The notes below the pieces were generated by a model that worked only from the letters and a program-made list of their open reading frames with translations, was not told the origin of the DNA and made no database searches. Below, piece by piece: positions 45,488 to 60,347 of a stretch of DNA of 64,000 nt; the first letter of the stretch is position 1; every line of letters begins with the position of its first letter. Made by a program: the position numbers and the translations under genes. The stretch comes from the human T2T-CHM13v2.0 reference genome, Homo sapiens. Where the stretch lies: NCBI RefSeq assembly GCF_009914755.1, contig NC_060928.1; one strand, written 5' to 3'.

Positions 45488-46041
45488 TGTTGGAGAGGAA
45501 AAAAAAAAAACTTTTCCCCTATCATCTTAGGTTCAAGACATGGGGACCTGTGAATTAAACTAACAAAAGACAGATTAACAGGAAAAAGACACACAATTTT
45601 TATTAATATTCACATGCCTGGAAATTCATAAAAAAGAAGTGAAACTCAAAGAAGTAGTTAGACTTAGCGGTTTATATACCTTTTTAACAAAGGAAAGCAT
45701 TTGGGATTCAAGGGGTGATAAATTGTGGGAAGTGACTAGGAAATAGATGGGAGAATGAATGGAAGATAAGGGATATTTTAGTAAGATCTGTTTATGCAGA
45801 CTCATTTTGATGTTGACTCTGCATCTCAATGATAAGAGCTGTGCTTCCTTTCCTGGTAAGGGTGGTGGTGGTGGTGGTAATGGTGCACCCTCATAAAGCG
45901 AAATCTTGGCCCTGATTTTAGGCAGATAAGAGGAGAGCAGAGAACTCTTCTTATGTCTATTGATTCCCAATTGCCTTCAGATAAAAATAATTCTTATGCT
46001 AAAGTGGCATATTTTCGGATGGCATATCTTGAGCCCCTTCA
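45488..46041 (-). mobile_element. MER34-family ERV1 solo LTR inserted in a MIR
   Basis: Reverse complement begins TGAAGGGGCTCAAGATATGCCATCCGAAAATATGCCACTTT; TG...CA ends; 4-bp TSD AAAG. Confidence 0.8.
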
Positions 46042-46789
46042 AAAGCATTCTACACATGTGAAGGTTTATTCTTGTATTGTAGGTTGCATATTTTCTCAAA
46101 TTAAATCTCAGTTTTTTATAAATTCACGATGAAATTGACCCCATTGAAAAAAATGCAATGGAGATGACAGAAACAAAACCATCCTTATGTATCCTTCCCA
46201 AAATGCACCTATACTTTCACTGTCAGCCAAGAAAGATAGGAATGGAACTAATTATCTGCAAATATTCCTTGACTCCCTCACTTCCCATCTGAGATTAATT
46301 ATTAAAAAAGAGTCCCTGATGGATTCCTGCCTTCAGGTATAATTACCTCAAAATTGACTGACATTTAAAGCACATATGACACTTTTTAGATTTAATTAGA
46401 GTAAATTTGTGAAATTTACTTGACTGGTAGTTTTGGGGATGGTTGGAGGCATGAAAGTATACTTAACATTATAATTTCCTGCTAATGCTAAGATTTAGCC
46501 CCTATTGGAAGGTTCTATATTCAGAATAAAATCACTTAAGAAATGAAGCCCCAGTGACTGTTTTGGTCATGAAATAATGAGCCCAGTCACTGAGAGATGC
46601 CCTGAGAAAAAAAAAATTGCCACCGACGACAGTGGAAACCCAAAATCTATAGATGTTTTAGTTAAACAGTCTTGAAGATTTTCATGATTTAACAACGTTA
46701 AAATTCACTTGCTTTGCTATAACATTTTTTGACATTGATATTATGAACAGCAAAAAGAAATGGAGTATTTTAGATCAACTCCAAAAAAT

Positions 46790-47810
46790 TATGGATAAAA
46801 ACATATTTATCTGAGTGTCTCTAATGATTGTTTTAAATTCCTCCATGTTTGTGGCTATTTCTTTTTTATAATTGTGTTAATGTTCTTTGTCTGGACTAAG
46901 CCTGCTACTGGTTTATTTTATTAATTATTTCAATAAATCAGTTTTTGTATTAATCACTAATACTTTTTTGTATTTTAGTATAATTAACTGATTTTATTTT
47001 TCTAATTCATAGTATTTGTTCTTCCTTTTCCTTCCTTCCACTTTCTCTAATTTTGTTTTTTTCCTAATGTATTGACTTGAATATTAATTTATTTTTTTCT
47101 TTCTTATCTTAATAATGTGCTCATGATTATGAGTTTAATTCAAAGTAGTTTTTTCAGCCTGGCCCATATTTTAAAATATGTAATGCATTTCATTATTATT
47201 TTGTAGATATTTTGAAACTTTAGTTTTGATATTTTCTTTGATCCAAGTATTGATTAAAAGCAAGTTTCTTAACATTTATGTGGTTGATTTTCTTCTTCAT
47301 GTCCTTCTCTTCCTTCTTGACTTCTCTTCCTTCTCCTCCTCTTCTTCATCTATAGTTTATCAATGGGGTTATAGTCAATAAAGTGTTCTATGCATTTCTA
47401 GTTTGTTGTTGTTTTGTTTTGGTTTGATTTATAGTCAAAATTTTATAAAGGTACCACGAATTCTTGTAAAGTAGGTGAATTATTTTTATTAGGATAGCAA
47501 TTTCTACATATCTATTATGTTAATATTAATCAATTATAGAATTGATATCAAACATTCTTATTTTTTCTCTAATTGATTTTTCCATGGACTAAAATTATGA
47601 TTTAGAGTTTTCTAATCTTATGTTGTAGTCTATTTTCCCTTGCATTCCCTATAGTCTCTGCATTATGAAATTAATATAACTTTTGTGCACCAAGAAAGTT
47701 ATAATCTCATTGTGGATTATATTCTATATCATAAAGTTTATTATTTGTTTTGTTTAACACTTTTGCTTGAATTTAGCCTTGTCCAATATTAATACTGTGA
47801 CCTGAATTTA
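46790..47810 (-). mobile_element. Very old L1M fragment (T-rich)
   Basis: T-rich antisense L1-like composition. Confidence 0.5.
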
Positions 47811-47932
47811 TGATACTATTACAAATGTAATAATTATAAATTAGATGAGTAAAGAAAATGTAGCTTCTATATTTTTTACATCACAGCTAATTTTCTTCCT
47901 AAGCCTTTACCTTGTTAGAAAGAAAGAAAACT

Positions 47933-48281
<349 letters not shown>

Positions 48282-48968
48282 ACTGAAGCTTGCCAAGTAA
48301 TGGTATCCATATCCTTTGGATTACTTATTCTCTTTTCGAGAGAGGTTTTTTGAATTCCTTCTCCTCTCCCTGCATCTCCTCAAGATGACATTGTAGTGTA
48401 TGAGGTTGGTTAAAGTAACACGGCAGGATCTGACACCATTCTCCTGTTCCTTATTGGTCTCTGTTGTGCCGTGTCTGTTGAGGTAGAACAGATCCTATCT
48501 GGGCTTTCAGGTGTTCTGGCATGGGGTTGAGAAATACTCACATTGTGTGTTCATTATTTTTTCTGATGTCAGGTCTGTATTATTCCACCAGGTTGTCTTG
48601 CTCATTGGGGTCCAGTGCTATGGCACATATGACCTTCTGGGTCCCTTGCAAACTGCACATGGGCTATGGGGACCCACTTACTAGCCCAGGTTCATGAGCG
48701 CATCTCCTCCCCTCTGTCAGTTCATATTGCCTATTTTTTTTTTTTTCTTATCATACTGATATGGCACTAAGCAGTGAGAAGGATTTTCCCTAGCGGCTTG
48801 CAGCCTTCTGCAGACTGTGTGGAGGAAGAGGGCTACTAGCCGTGATGTTTTCAGGTTTCCTCCATACTTATTGGAAAGTTTTTATAGTCCTATCCCTTTT
48901 TATGTCCATTTTAGAACTTTTATAAGTCATTTTATGCCTTAAATTAGAGCTAAATCTAAAGCACAGTA

Positions 48969-49311
48969 CAGTCATATGCCACATAATGACATATGAGTCA
49001 ACATTGAACTGCATATGTGACAGTGGTCCTATAGGATTATAATACCATATTTTGACTGTATCTTTTCTATGTTTGGATATGTTTGGGTATACAAATAATC
49101 ATCTTGTGTTACAATTGCCTGCTGTCTTCAGAACAGTGACATTCCTTACAGGTTTGCAGCCCAGGACACACAAGCGATACCAGCTTAGGTGTGTAGTAGG
49201 TTATACCATCTAGGTTTGGGTAAGCACACTTCATGATGTTTATACAACAACAAAACTGCCCAACACTGCATTTCTCAGAATGCATCCTTGTCATTACGTG
49301 ACGCATGACTG
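48969..49311. mobile_element. Tigger3a/MER7A-type MITE
   Basis: TIRs CAGTCAT...ATGACTG, TA on the left, characteristic internal sequence. Confidence 0.8.
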
Positions 49312-49389
49312 CATTAAAAAGGTGCAGCATCATCTGAACATCTTTTTCCTTTAGAAAGCATATTTACCTCAATTACCTATATTGTTGAT

Positions 49390-50080
49390 CCATCAGCACA
49401 TCCTGTTGATTTTATCTTCAAAACCTATCCCAACTCCATCTACTTTTTGTCTCCACCACTCCCATCCTAATATAAGCTACCTCCTCTTTTTGTTTGTTTT
49501 GTTTTGGTTGGATTACTGCAAGAGCCTCCAAGTTTATCTCCTTGATTCCGATCTACATAGCAGCCAGAGTGATTATTTGAAAATATAAATGAGATCATGT
49601 AAATTTGCAAGACTCAACAAAGGTAACTCCTTATACTTGAAATACGTTTAAATTCTCTCTCAGGTTCTAGGTGTCTATATTTTCTAGCCAATGCCTACCT
49701 CTCTGGCATCATTTCCTATCCTTCTCTGCCTTGCTGACTACACTCCAGCCAAACCACACTGACATTCTTTCTGCTGTGGAACAAGACAAGCTCCTTCCTG
49801 CCTTAAGGCTTTTGGGTAGTTTTCTCTGTCTATGGAATGCTCTTTCTCCATGACTTCTTAAGGCTGGCTTTTTCCTGGTTTTACCTTCAATCATCATATC
49901 CTTTGAGAGGCCTTCTCTGACCATCCAATCTAAAGTAGTCTTTCAGTCACACTTTATCACAGTACCCTTTCCTATATCAATCACAGCACATATTATTACC
50001 TGATTAATTTTATTGATATATTCATTAATTTGCCTCAAGCAGTGATACATAAGCTGTATGAGAGTAAGAACATGCCAGCC
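49390..50080 (+). mobile_element. L2
   Basis: ggattactgcaagagcctcc...cagccagagtgatt...actccagccaaaccacactg...gagaggccttctctgaccatcc. Confidence 0.75.
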
Positions 50081-50129
50081 AGTTATCACCAATATTAATA
50101 ACAGCAAAATAATACAGTATTAACTATGA

Positions 50130-51760
50130 TTCCTCAGTCTGACTCTGTTCTAAGCCCTTTCCATGTATTAGGATCTCTAATCTTCACTGAAATCTCATGA
50201 GGTTGTTATTATCATCCTTATTTTTATAGATAAAGAACTGAGGCATAGAGAATTTCAGTGACTTAACCATAGTCACAAAGCTATTAAATGTTAAAGTTGG
50301 GATTTGAACACAGGTGAAGTGGCTTCAGACACCACAGTGCTATGTGTTAGTTACAGAAGTTACAGATCTGAAAGAGAGGAGTAATACTCCTTTCAAATAC
50401 TCAACAGTTGGGAAGACAGGCAAGTGAAAGGAAAATCACAACAAAACCTAAGTTACATATTACAGGCATCGGAGGAGGGCCACTGCTGGGTCATCTGCAT
50501 TTGCTTATATAGGAGTAGAAATTGTAGAAATGTGGAAGTAGCAAATGAAACATTTTCCAGTTTAAAGTATATTGAGTAACTGAAGTCTGTAAGACTGAAT
50601 TCTTTTTCTGAAATCATTTTGATATTGATTTCCCATTCATTTGCCCTGGCAAAGAGAGAGATTATTTCATGAATGAAAGGTGATGTGAGGAGACTGAAAG
50701 AAGGTGAACCCAACCATCAGGAGAAAACCATTCTTTGCCTACTTTGAATAAATCGTTTTGAAATAATGAGACATAATTAATGTCAGTGCTTTGGATTATA
50801 TGAACGTTTGCAAAGATATCCAGTGCAATTCTAATGGCCAGAAATGGCAGTCTGATTACAGTTATGCCAAATAGCCATTCCATGCCTTACAGAATGTAGC
50901 AGTAAAATGAAATTAACTGTTGGCATCAAGTAGTAAGACTATGATTACAACCAATAGTGGCCAGTCTTTATTTAGTGCCATGAGCTAGTTCTGAGGGCCT
51001 TGTAGGAATTAGCTCACTTGATCCTCACAGCAAACCTGTTGAGATAGGTATTATTATGGAGCCCCATTTTACTGTGGAGGAAATTGAAGCCCAGAAAGGT
51101 TAAGCAACTGGCCTAAAATTACACAGCAATAAAGTGGCAGAGCTGGAATTTAAACCCAACCGTACGATTGTGTAAATAAAGCAAACACATAATAACCACT
51201 ATTCAGTGACTATGTTTGCCTGGTGCTGTGTTAGTCACTTTCATGTAAAGGTGATGTGAGGAGACTGAAAGAAGGTGAACCTTTTCATGTATTGTCTCAT
51301 TTACTCCTAAAACCCTGCTTGGTGGGTGTTAAACTCATGTTACAGATAAAGAAACCTAGACACAGATAGGATTAGGAAATTTTCCCAAGGTTATGTAAAA
51401 CCAGGCCTGTCTGACTCCAAAGTCTATAGAAACTAGTAATTCATTAAACTCTTTCTAGTAGCAAGTGGGATACTGTTCTTCCTTCTCAGTAATTATGTTT
51501 ACCACTTCAAGTTCTTTCCCTCTGGTACTTTTCTTTCATTCTTTGTGTTTTTATGATACACAGCTCAATAAAGCATAATATACAACCTGCTAACATTTTC
51601 AGAGCCCAGATGTGTGCTGGGCATTGTGCTAAATTGTTTTCTATTAATTACCTCATTTAATCCTTCCAGCAACCATACATCATAGGTACTATTATTAGCA
51701 CCTTTTTATATATGAGGCAACTGAAGTTGAGAAAGACGTTTTTGGCAGAGGTTTGATGAA
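50130..51760 (-). mobile_element. Cluster of four antisense MIR copies (~50130-50340, 50960-51165, 51195-51425, 51590-51760)
   Basis: Repeated attttatagataaagaactgaggc-type cores. Confidence 0.7.
51247..51281 (+). repeat. 35-nt exact copy of 50676-50710
   Basis: aaaggtgatgtgaggagactgaaagaaggtgaacc at both positions; the copy is flanked by TTTCATGTA repeats. Confidence 0.95.
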
Positions 51761-52608
51761 GAGTCTGGTGATGCAATTTTTCTGGAGAGAACATGCAGCA
51801 TTTCAAAGCCTCATTGCCTTCCTCTGTACTGAGAATAAATGAACCCAGATTCAGAAGTTTTAACATTTTTGAACATTAAAAAATATTCAATATTATTTTA
51901 GAATGCTTTTTTTTTGGGAATCAGGGTGGCTTGGAGTTGTATTCTTTGTGGTGTATTTCTTGAAAAGATCCATTGGCTAATCTGGCTAATTCAGGACACT
52001 TCCTCTTCCTCTCCTCTTTCTGTGGCTCTCTCTTCTGTTCTCAGGGCAGCCACCATTAGCATGTGTCTACTGAAGGAACAAGTGTGGTGGGGAACAGGGT
52101 GTTGGGTCTCTGGGAAACTTATTTGCATACTTCTTGTTACAAAAGCCAACCACATCCTGGTTAAGACAATGTGCTGTCTGATAAACAGACTGCATCCCCC
52201 AGTGTCTGCCTGGAGCTCAGCCAGCGTGTGGCCCGCCTTTGTCACAAGGTGCTGTTTATTCTGCCTGGAAGTCCAAGGACAGAACAAACCAGCTAAATGA
52301 ACCTTTTATTTCTCCCATTCTCTGACAGAAATTCCTTGAGTCAAAAACATGTATTAATATTAGGTTAAGGGAAAAGCATCAGAATTCTCCAAATATGCCT
52401 TCCTAATCCTGTGGAAAACATATAAAAAGCTTTGGTTTTCCTCTCTAGCTACAAATTCTTTGGGGTTTGAGAAAACTAGGAAACTTGGAAAATATAGTGC
52501 AAGGGCGATATAAAAATCGTGGTTTACCAAGACTTTTTGTTGATAAATATTTCTTTCCACATCTGTTTTCTATGTGTTTCCTTTCTCTTTTCCTCCCTCC
52601 CACCCCAG

Positions 52609-52775
52609 AAAACACAGACAAAAGGAAGTGGAGGCTTAAACAATTAACTGGTGACTGCAGGACCCATTGTTTAGGAATCTGGATAATTGAGTCCTAATTT
52701 CTCTGACTCCCTTCACTTTGGTAAATTATAGAAAGAAAAAGATTTTGAGACTCAGTCTCATTTTTGGCAGTTAAG
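52609..52775 (+). other. Candidate non-coding exon (167 nt)
   Basis: ~40-nt polypyrimidine tract plus CAG at 52606-52608, donor AAG|GTAAGA at 52776; stop codons in all three frames. Confidence 0.45.
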
Positions 52776-53876
52776 GTAAGAAATCCATCTATGCTTCCGT
52801 TTTACTGTTTTTTTTTTCTTTTTCTCTCCTCTCAAAACAATTCAACATTTCCTTCTCTGCTTATTTCAAATCTAAATGTGGTACATATTTTAAGACATAT
52901 TTTAACCACAAATTTTATTGGTGACTGCAATCACTGAAAGGAAGGTACTCTGTGAACACAGAAATTGTTTTAATGTTTTTAATCAATAATTCCTATAAAC
53001 AAATTTTGTCTTGAGGAAATAGAATATGCAGCTATTTCCTTTCTGCATTTACAGTGACCTCTGAAATATATTACAACCACTCATCTGTATCTAATCCCAC
53101 ATGTGTGGTGAACACTTTAAGTAACTTATTGACTAGAATCCTTCTGGAGGTATCTGTGGAGGATGATGATAGAGATGATGTTACAGAACAGTTTGAAAAA
53201 GACGCCAATTGGCATTTTGAAGGATTACCAACATTTCTAATAAAGTCTCTGAAGAGATTTCTGGCTGCTTAAGAACAATAATATGATAGAGATTGATTAT
53301 TTTGAGGTTTCGAAGTTAAATACTTGCATGTGGTGAATACTGAGGCTTATTGTGAAAATGAAAATTAGACCTATGTAGAAATCCTTGTGGAGAATGAGAC
53401 GGTCAGGACTTTTATCAATGCTGCTCTTTATACAACTGCCTCTTTGGAGAAGAAGTCGGTTCACTGTCCTTGTTAAATTTCAACTGCGGCTGATTCTGAA
53501 TCTTGAGGACCATTATGATGTGAAAAAAGAAAAAAACACTCACTAAAAGTTAATGATCTTTCCCTAATCTTTCAGAAAAGCTGATACTGACTGGTAGATA
53601 GTAGTGCTCTGTCAGAATTGTAGAATGAATGAATCAAGCTGATATAATTCACTAACCATCTACCCAAGCCAGGATCTGTGTTAGAGCTTTAGAGACACAC
53701 CTTGTTTTATTGTGCTTCACAGGTGCTGCGTTTTCTGCAAACTGAAGGTTTGTGGCAACCTTGCATTGAGCAAGTCTATCAGCCCTATTCTTCCCAACAG
53801 CATGTGCCCACTTAGTGTCTCTGTGTCACACTGTGGTAATTTTCACAATATTTCAAACTTTTTCATTATTATTATA

Positions 53877-53970
53877 TATATTTTTAAATTTTACTTTAAA
53901 TTCTGGGATACATGTGCTGAACGTGCAGATTTGTTACATAGGTATACATGTGCCATGGTGGTTTGCTGCA
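53877..53970 (-). mobile_element. Tiny L1PA 3'-end insertion
   Basis: ttttactttaaattctgggatacatgtgc...gccatggtggtttgctgca; TSD ATTATTATTATAT. Confidence 0.85.
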
Positions 53971-54219
53971 ATTATTATTATATCTGTTATAGTGATCTGT
54001 AATCATGATCTTTGATGTCACTATTGTAATTTTGGTGGGGGCACCATGAACTGCCCCCATACAAGATGGTGTGTTCTGACTGCTCCACATACCAATGGTT
54101 TTCTCGTCTCTCTGGGGCCTCCCTATTCCGTCAGACACACGATATTGAAATGGGGCCAACGAATAACCCTTCAATGGCTTCTAAGTGTTCAAGTGAAAGG
54201 AAGAGTTGCAAGTCTCTCA

Positions 54220-54542
<323 letters not shown>

Positions 54543-54909
54543 GTGCAACAGCCTTATGTTGATATGGAGAAAGTTTAAGTGGTCTGGATAAAAGATCAAA
54601 CCAGCCACAGCATTCCCACAAGCCAAAGCCCCAGAGCAAGATTCTAACTCGCTTCCATTTTATGAAGGTCTGAGAGAGGTGAGGAAGCTGTAGAAGAAAA
54701 ATTGGAAGCTAGCAGAGGTTGGTTCCTGAGGTTTTAGGGAAGAAGCCCTCTCCCTAACATAAAAGTGCAAAGTGAAGCAGTAAGTGCTGATGTAGAAGTC
54801 ATCCAGAAGGACTAGCTAATTGATAAAAGTGACCACACTAAACAATAGGCTTTCACTATAGACAAAACAGCCTTCAGTTGGAAGAAGATGCCACCTAGGA
54901 CTTTCACAG

Positions 54910-55931
54910 TGTTACAGTAGGTAGTCAGGCAGACATGAGCAGGTCAGGAGAGGGCCTCCTTCCCAACAGGAATGTCAGGCTACCATCAGGTGATGGTCAG
55001 GTGGTTGTTAACAGTCTCTCTAAAATAATAATTGATTGCAGCCAGCGCCAGGGAAAGGCAGTCTCCCAATAGATAGAAATATCTGAAACTGGTGATCAGC
55101 AGCTTCCTGATAAAATCTAGGGGCTGGGTGAGTGGGCTCAAGCATGTGCACTAAGAGGCAAAATATTGGAGTTTAACTGGTATTTGACCTTCTAGGAACA
55201 TTCGACTGGTAAGAGAACGCCTCAAGTGAGCACACATACATACAACTCCAGTAAACACACCGTGCATGCAGTCCCTCACAAGTGCTGGCAGCCACTGTGC
55301 ATACGGACAGCCTGCCCAAGGGAAGAAATGGGAGATGTAATGCAGCCTTGGAAGCATGCCAACATATGACTCCCCAAATCAAAGGTCAAACCACGTACTT
55401 GATTTTCTTAAGTTGCCCACTTGGCCCTCTTCCAAGCGTACTTCCTTTCATTCCTGCCCTGAAACTTTTATTTTCTTTCCTTTTATTTTTATTTATTTAT
55501 TTATTTTTGAGATGGAGTCGCACTCTGTCTCCCAGGCTGGAGTGCATTGGCACAATCTTGGCTCACTGCAACCTCAGGCTCCTGGGTTCAAGCGATTCTC
55601 CTGCCTCAGTCTCCTGAGTGCTGGGAGTACAAGTGTACACCACATGCCCAGCTAATTTTTGTATTTTTACTAGAGACAGTGTTTCGCCATGTTGGCCATG
55701 CTGGTCTCGAACTCCTGAGCTCAAGTGATCTGCCTGCCTTGGCCTCCCAAAGTGCTGGGATTACAGGTGTGAGCCACCGCGTCTGGTCCCTAAAACTTTT
55801 AAACAAACTTTCACTCCTGCTCTAAAACTCGACTTAGTCTCTTACTCTGTGTTTTGACTTTTGGTCGAAGTCTTCTGAGGATGTGAGAGTTGAGGTTGCT
55901 GCAGACCCAAATGGATTTGCAGCTGCTAACA
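54910..55931 (+). mobile_element. MER50-like ERV1 solo LTR (contains an Alu)
   Basis: TGTTACAGTAGGTAGTCAGGCAGACATGAGC...gctgctAACA; short (A)CAG duplication. Confidence 0.8.
55470..55788 (-). mobile_element. AluS inside the LTR
   Basis: TSD CCCT(g/a)AAACTTTTA. Confidence 0.93.
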
Positions 55932-56998
55932 CAGCTATAGAGGAAAAGTCAATGTCTGGCTTCAAAACTTCAAAGGACAGGCTGACTCTCTCGTTAGGGG
56001 CTAATGCAGCTGGTGACTTTAAGTTGAAGCCAATGCTCATTTACCATCTGAAAATCCTAGGGCCCCTAAGAATTATGTTAAATCTACTCTGCCTGTGCTC
56101 TATAAGTGGGGCAACAAAGCCTGGATGACAGCACATCTACTTACAGCATGGTTTACTAAATATTTTATGTATACTGATGATCTACTGCTCAGAAAAAAAG
56201 ATTCTTTTCAAAATATTACTGTTCATTAACAATGGACCTGACCACCCAAAAGCACTGATAGAGATGTACAAGGACATTAATTTTGTTTTCATGCCTGCTG
56301 ATAGAACACCCATTCTGCTGCCCAGGTATCAAGAAGTAATTTAGACTTTCATGTTTTATGATTTAAGAAATACATTTTGTAAGGCAATAGTTGCCATAGA
56401 CAGTGAATCCTCTGAGGGAATCTGGATGGATCTGGGCAAAGTCAGTTGAAAACCTTCTGGAAAAGATTCGTGACTTTAGAAGCCATTTAAAGCACTCGTG
56501 ATTCAGAGGAGGACGTCAAAATGTCATGAACAGGAATTGGGAAGAAGTTGATTCCAACATCATGGATGACTTTGAGGGGCTAAAGACTTGGGTGGAGCAA
56601 GTAACTGTAGGTGGGATGAAAATAGCAAGAGCACTAGAATTAGACATGGTGCCTGATGATATGATTGAATTACTACAATCTCATATTAAACTTTAATGGA
56701 TGAGGAGTTGCTTCTTGTGGATTGATGAGCAAAGAAAGTGGTTTCTTGAGATGGAATCTACTTCTGGTGAAAAATCTGTGAACATTGTTGAAATGACAAC
56801 AAAAGATTTAGAATATTATATAAACTTAGTTGATAAAGCAGTAGCAGGGTTTGAGAAGAGTGACTTCAATTTTCAAAGAAGTTCAACTGCGGTAAAATGC
56901 TATCAAGCAGCATTTCATGTTATGAGGAATCTTTCACGAAAGGATGAGTTAATTGATTTGGCAACATTTATTATTGTCTTAAAGAAATTGCCAAAACT

Positions 56999-57304
<306 letters not shown>

Positions 57305-57687
57305 TCAGTAGTCACCACCCTATACAAGGAACAGCTATCAACGTCAAGTCAAGACCTTCTACCAGTAAAAAGATCATGACTCGCTGAAGGCTCAGATGAT
57401 TGCTAGAATTTTTTAGCAATAAAATATTTTAAAAATTAAGATATGTACATTTTTTAGATATAATGCAATTGCACACTTAGACTGTAGTGTAGTGTAAATG
57501 TAACTTTTATATTCACTGGGAAAATTCCTGTTACTCGCTTTATTGCAATATTTACTCTATTGCAGTGGTCTGAAACTAAACCCCCACTATTTCTTAGGTA
57601 TACTCCTATTTACATTATTTTATTTATTATGATATACATCAAGTAAAAATGTTCTTTGTATACTTTAGAAAAATAGATGTATGAAAG

Positions 57688-58740
57688 GAATTGCAACAAA
57701 AGCAAAAATTGACAAGTGGGATCTAATTAAATCAAAGAGCTTCTGCACAGCAAAGAAACTCATCTGAGTGAACAGACAACCTACAGAGCAGGAGAAAATT
57801 TTTGCAATTCATCCATCTGACAGAGGTCTAACATTCAGCATCTTCAAGGAACTTGAATTTATAAGAAAAAAATAAAAAAATAAACCCCATTAAAACGTGG
57901 GCAAAGGACACGAACAGACACTTCTCAAAAGGAGACATACAGGTGGCCAAAAAACATGAAAAAAAGCTGAACGTCACTGATCATTAGAGAAATGCAAATC
58001 AAAACCACAGTGAAATATCATCTCATACCAGTCAGAATGGCTATTATTAAAACGTCATAAAACAACAGATGCTGGCAAGGTTATGGAGAAAAAGAAATGC
58101 TTTTACACTGTTGGTGGGAGTGTGAATTAGTTCAACCATTGTGGAAGACAGTGTGGCAATTCCTTAAAGACTTAGAGGTAGAAATACCCTTTGACCCAAC
58201 AATCACATTACTGGGTGTATACCCAAAGGAATATAAATCATTCTATTATAAAGACACATGCATGTGTATGTTCATTGCCACACTATTCACAATAGCAAAG
58301 ACATGGAACCAACCTAAATGCCCATCAACGACAGACTTGATAAAGAAAATATGGTACATATACAATGGAATACTAGGCAGCTGTAAGAAGGAATGAGATT
58401 ATGTCCTTTGCAGGGATGATGAAGCTGAGAGCCATTATCTTCAGCAAACTAACACAGGAACAGAAAACCAAATACCACATGTTTTCACTTACAAGTGGGA
58501 GCTGAATGATGAGATCACATGGACACATTGGGAGAAACAACACACACTGAGGCCTGTTGGATCATGGGGAGTAGGAGGAGGGAGAGCCTCAGGAAGAATG
58601 GCTAATGGATGTTGGGCTTACTACTGGGGTGATGGGATGATCTGTGCAGCAAACCACTATGGCACACGTTTACCTGTGTAAACCTGCACATTCTGCACAT
58701 GTACCCCTGAACTTAAAAGTTGAAAAAAAGAAAAAAATGA
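57688..58740 (+). mobile_element. 5'-truncated L1PA (older primate)
   Basis: ORF2 C-terminal peptide LHCWWECELVQPLWKTVW...; TSD AAAAATAGATGTA. Confidence 0.95.
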
Positions 58741-60043
58741 AAAATAGATGTAAAAAGTATGTTCATTGTCAGATTTTTTCACTCTGTTTCTCTATATCCT
58801 CTGCTCCAAGGTACTTTGATGAAATGTGTCCTGCCATGGCTGCTTTATGATCTGATATTGAAAAGGACTGTAGGCATTTAGAATGCATATATTTTATTGT
58901 CTTTAGATATTCAGTACTACAACATAATGTCTTCCACAAAGTGTTTCGAGTCCTGCTATAGCTGTGGCTTAGCTCTTCTTGTGGGAACCTGTGTGTCTTA
59001 TGTTCTCTGCTTCCTCCAGGAGCCCCAGTTATCTCTTCAGGATTGAAGGGAGATCAGCATGGCTGCCTCTTGGATATTTGACTGCTCAATATCATTTCTA
59101 CCAGATGGTGCAAGAGGGAAATCAAAAAACGCTGCAACTCAAACCAGTTTGAGTTTTAGCAATTTTGCTACTTGGTTCTAGGTCTGGTAAATGACTGGAC
59201 CACAGAAGGAAGTTGAAGTTGTAGGTTTTTCGTAACCATTTAGCTCATTTCCCAGAGGTTTTGCTGGCCAGGGTGTTTGAAGATAGGAAGTGGCTAGAGT
59301 GTGGTTTCAGATCTGGGGCTTGTCTCTCTCATGAGAGAAAATGGGATAAAATTTAAAGGTCATTCCTATGTTTGAAAAAATGATTGACCAGGCTTATACA
59401 TGAGATTATTTCTGCAACACCATTTGGAGGGTGTGTATGCCAATCATGTGGCTCTGTAAGGTGGAAGGAGGCATGATGTTCAGTTATGGTTGTTTTTATC
59501 TCAAGTTCTTTGACATTCAGGGCATGAGACAAAAGTATATAGTTTTGGTTTGGCATTCTGTGACAATCCAGCTGAGTTTGTTTTCTTCCTCTTCTTTTAT
59601 GAGGTATTTTAAGGTTTAGATGTTCTTTTTACTGTGAAATCTAATTTAATTGTGGTTATTTTATTTTTCTGTATATGTGCCCAGAGATTTTTGGTTTATT
59701 GGTAAACTTTAAAAAATACCACAGTGCGTGTAAACATATATAATTTAAGAACCAGTCATGATTGAGGCCTATGATATCCTTTGGAACATTCTTACTTGGA
59801 AGCAATTCTAATTAACAAGATATTTTCTGGTTTCCTTCTTGTATGCTTTATTAGTAATAATGCTGTTAGTTAGCTACAAATCTTTAGTCCCATGGTTGAC
59901 TTTTTCCCCATTCCCTTTCCTAGTAACCAACTGTATTGTAGTTATTTTTCATAAAAAATATGGCAAACTTGTGATAACAAACAACCAATATGATAGTGAT
60001 AAGAATAGTCAAACTCTTAAAAGTCAGAATTTTGCAGATGTTC

Positions 60044-60347
60044 TTTTATTTTATTTTATTTTTTTGAGATAGTGTCTTACTCTGTTGCCCAGGCTGGAGC
60101 ACTGTGGTGTGATCTCGGCTCACTGAAACCTCCGCTTCCTGGGTTCAAACGATTCTCCCACCTCAGCCTCCTGAAGTAGCTGGGACTACAAGCATGTGTC
60201 CCCACACCCAGCTAATTTTTGTATTTTAGTAGAGATGGGGTTTCACCATGTTGGCCAGGCTGGTCTCAAACTCCTGACCTTAAGTGATCTGCCCGCCTTG
60301 GCCTCCCAAAGTGCTGGGATTACAGGGGTGAGCCACTGTTGCCGGCC
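60044..60347 (-). mobile_element. AluS
   Basis: TSD CAGATGTTCTTTTA. Confidence 0.95.
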
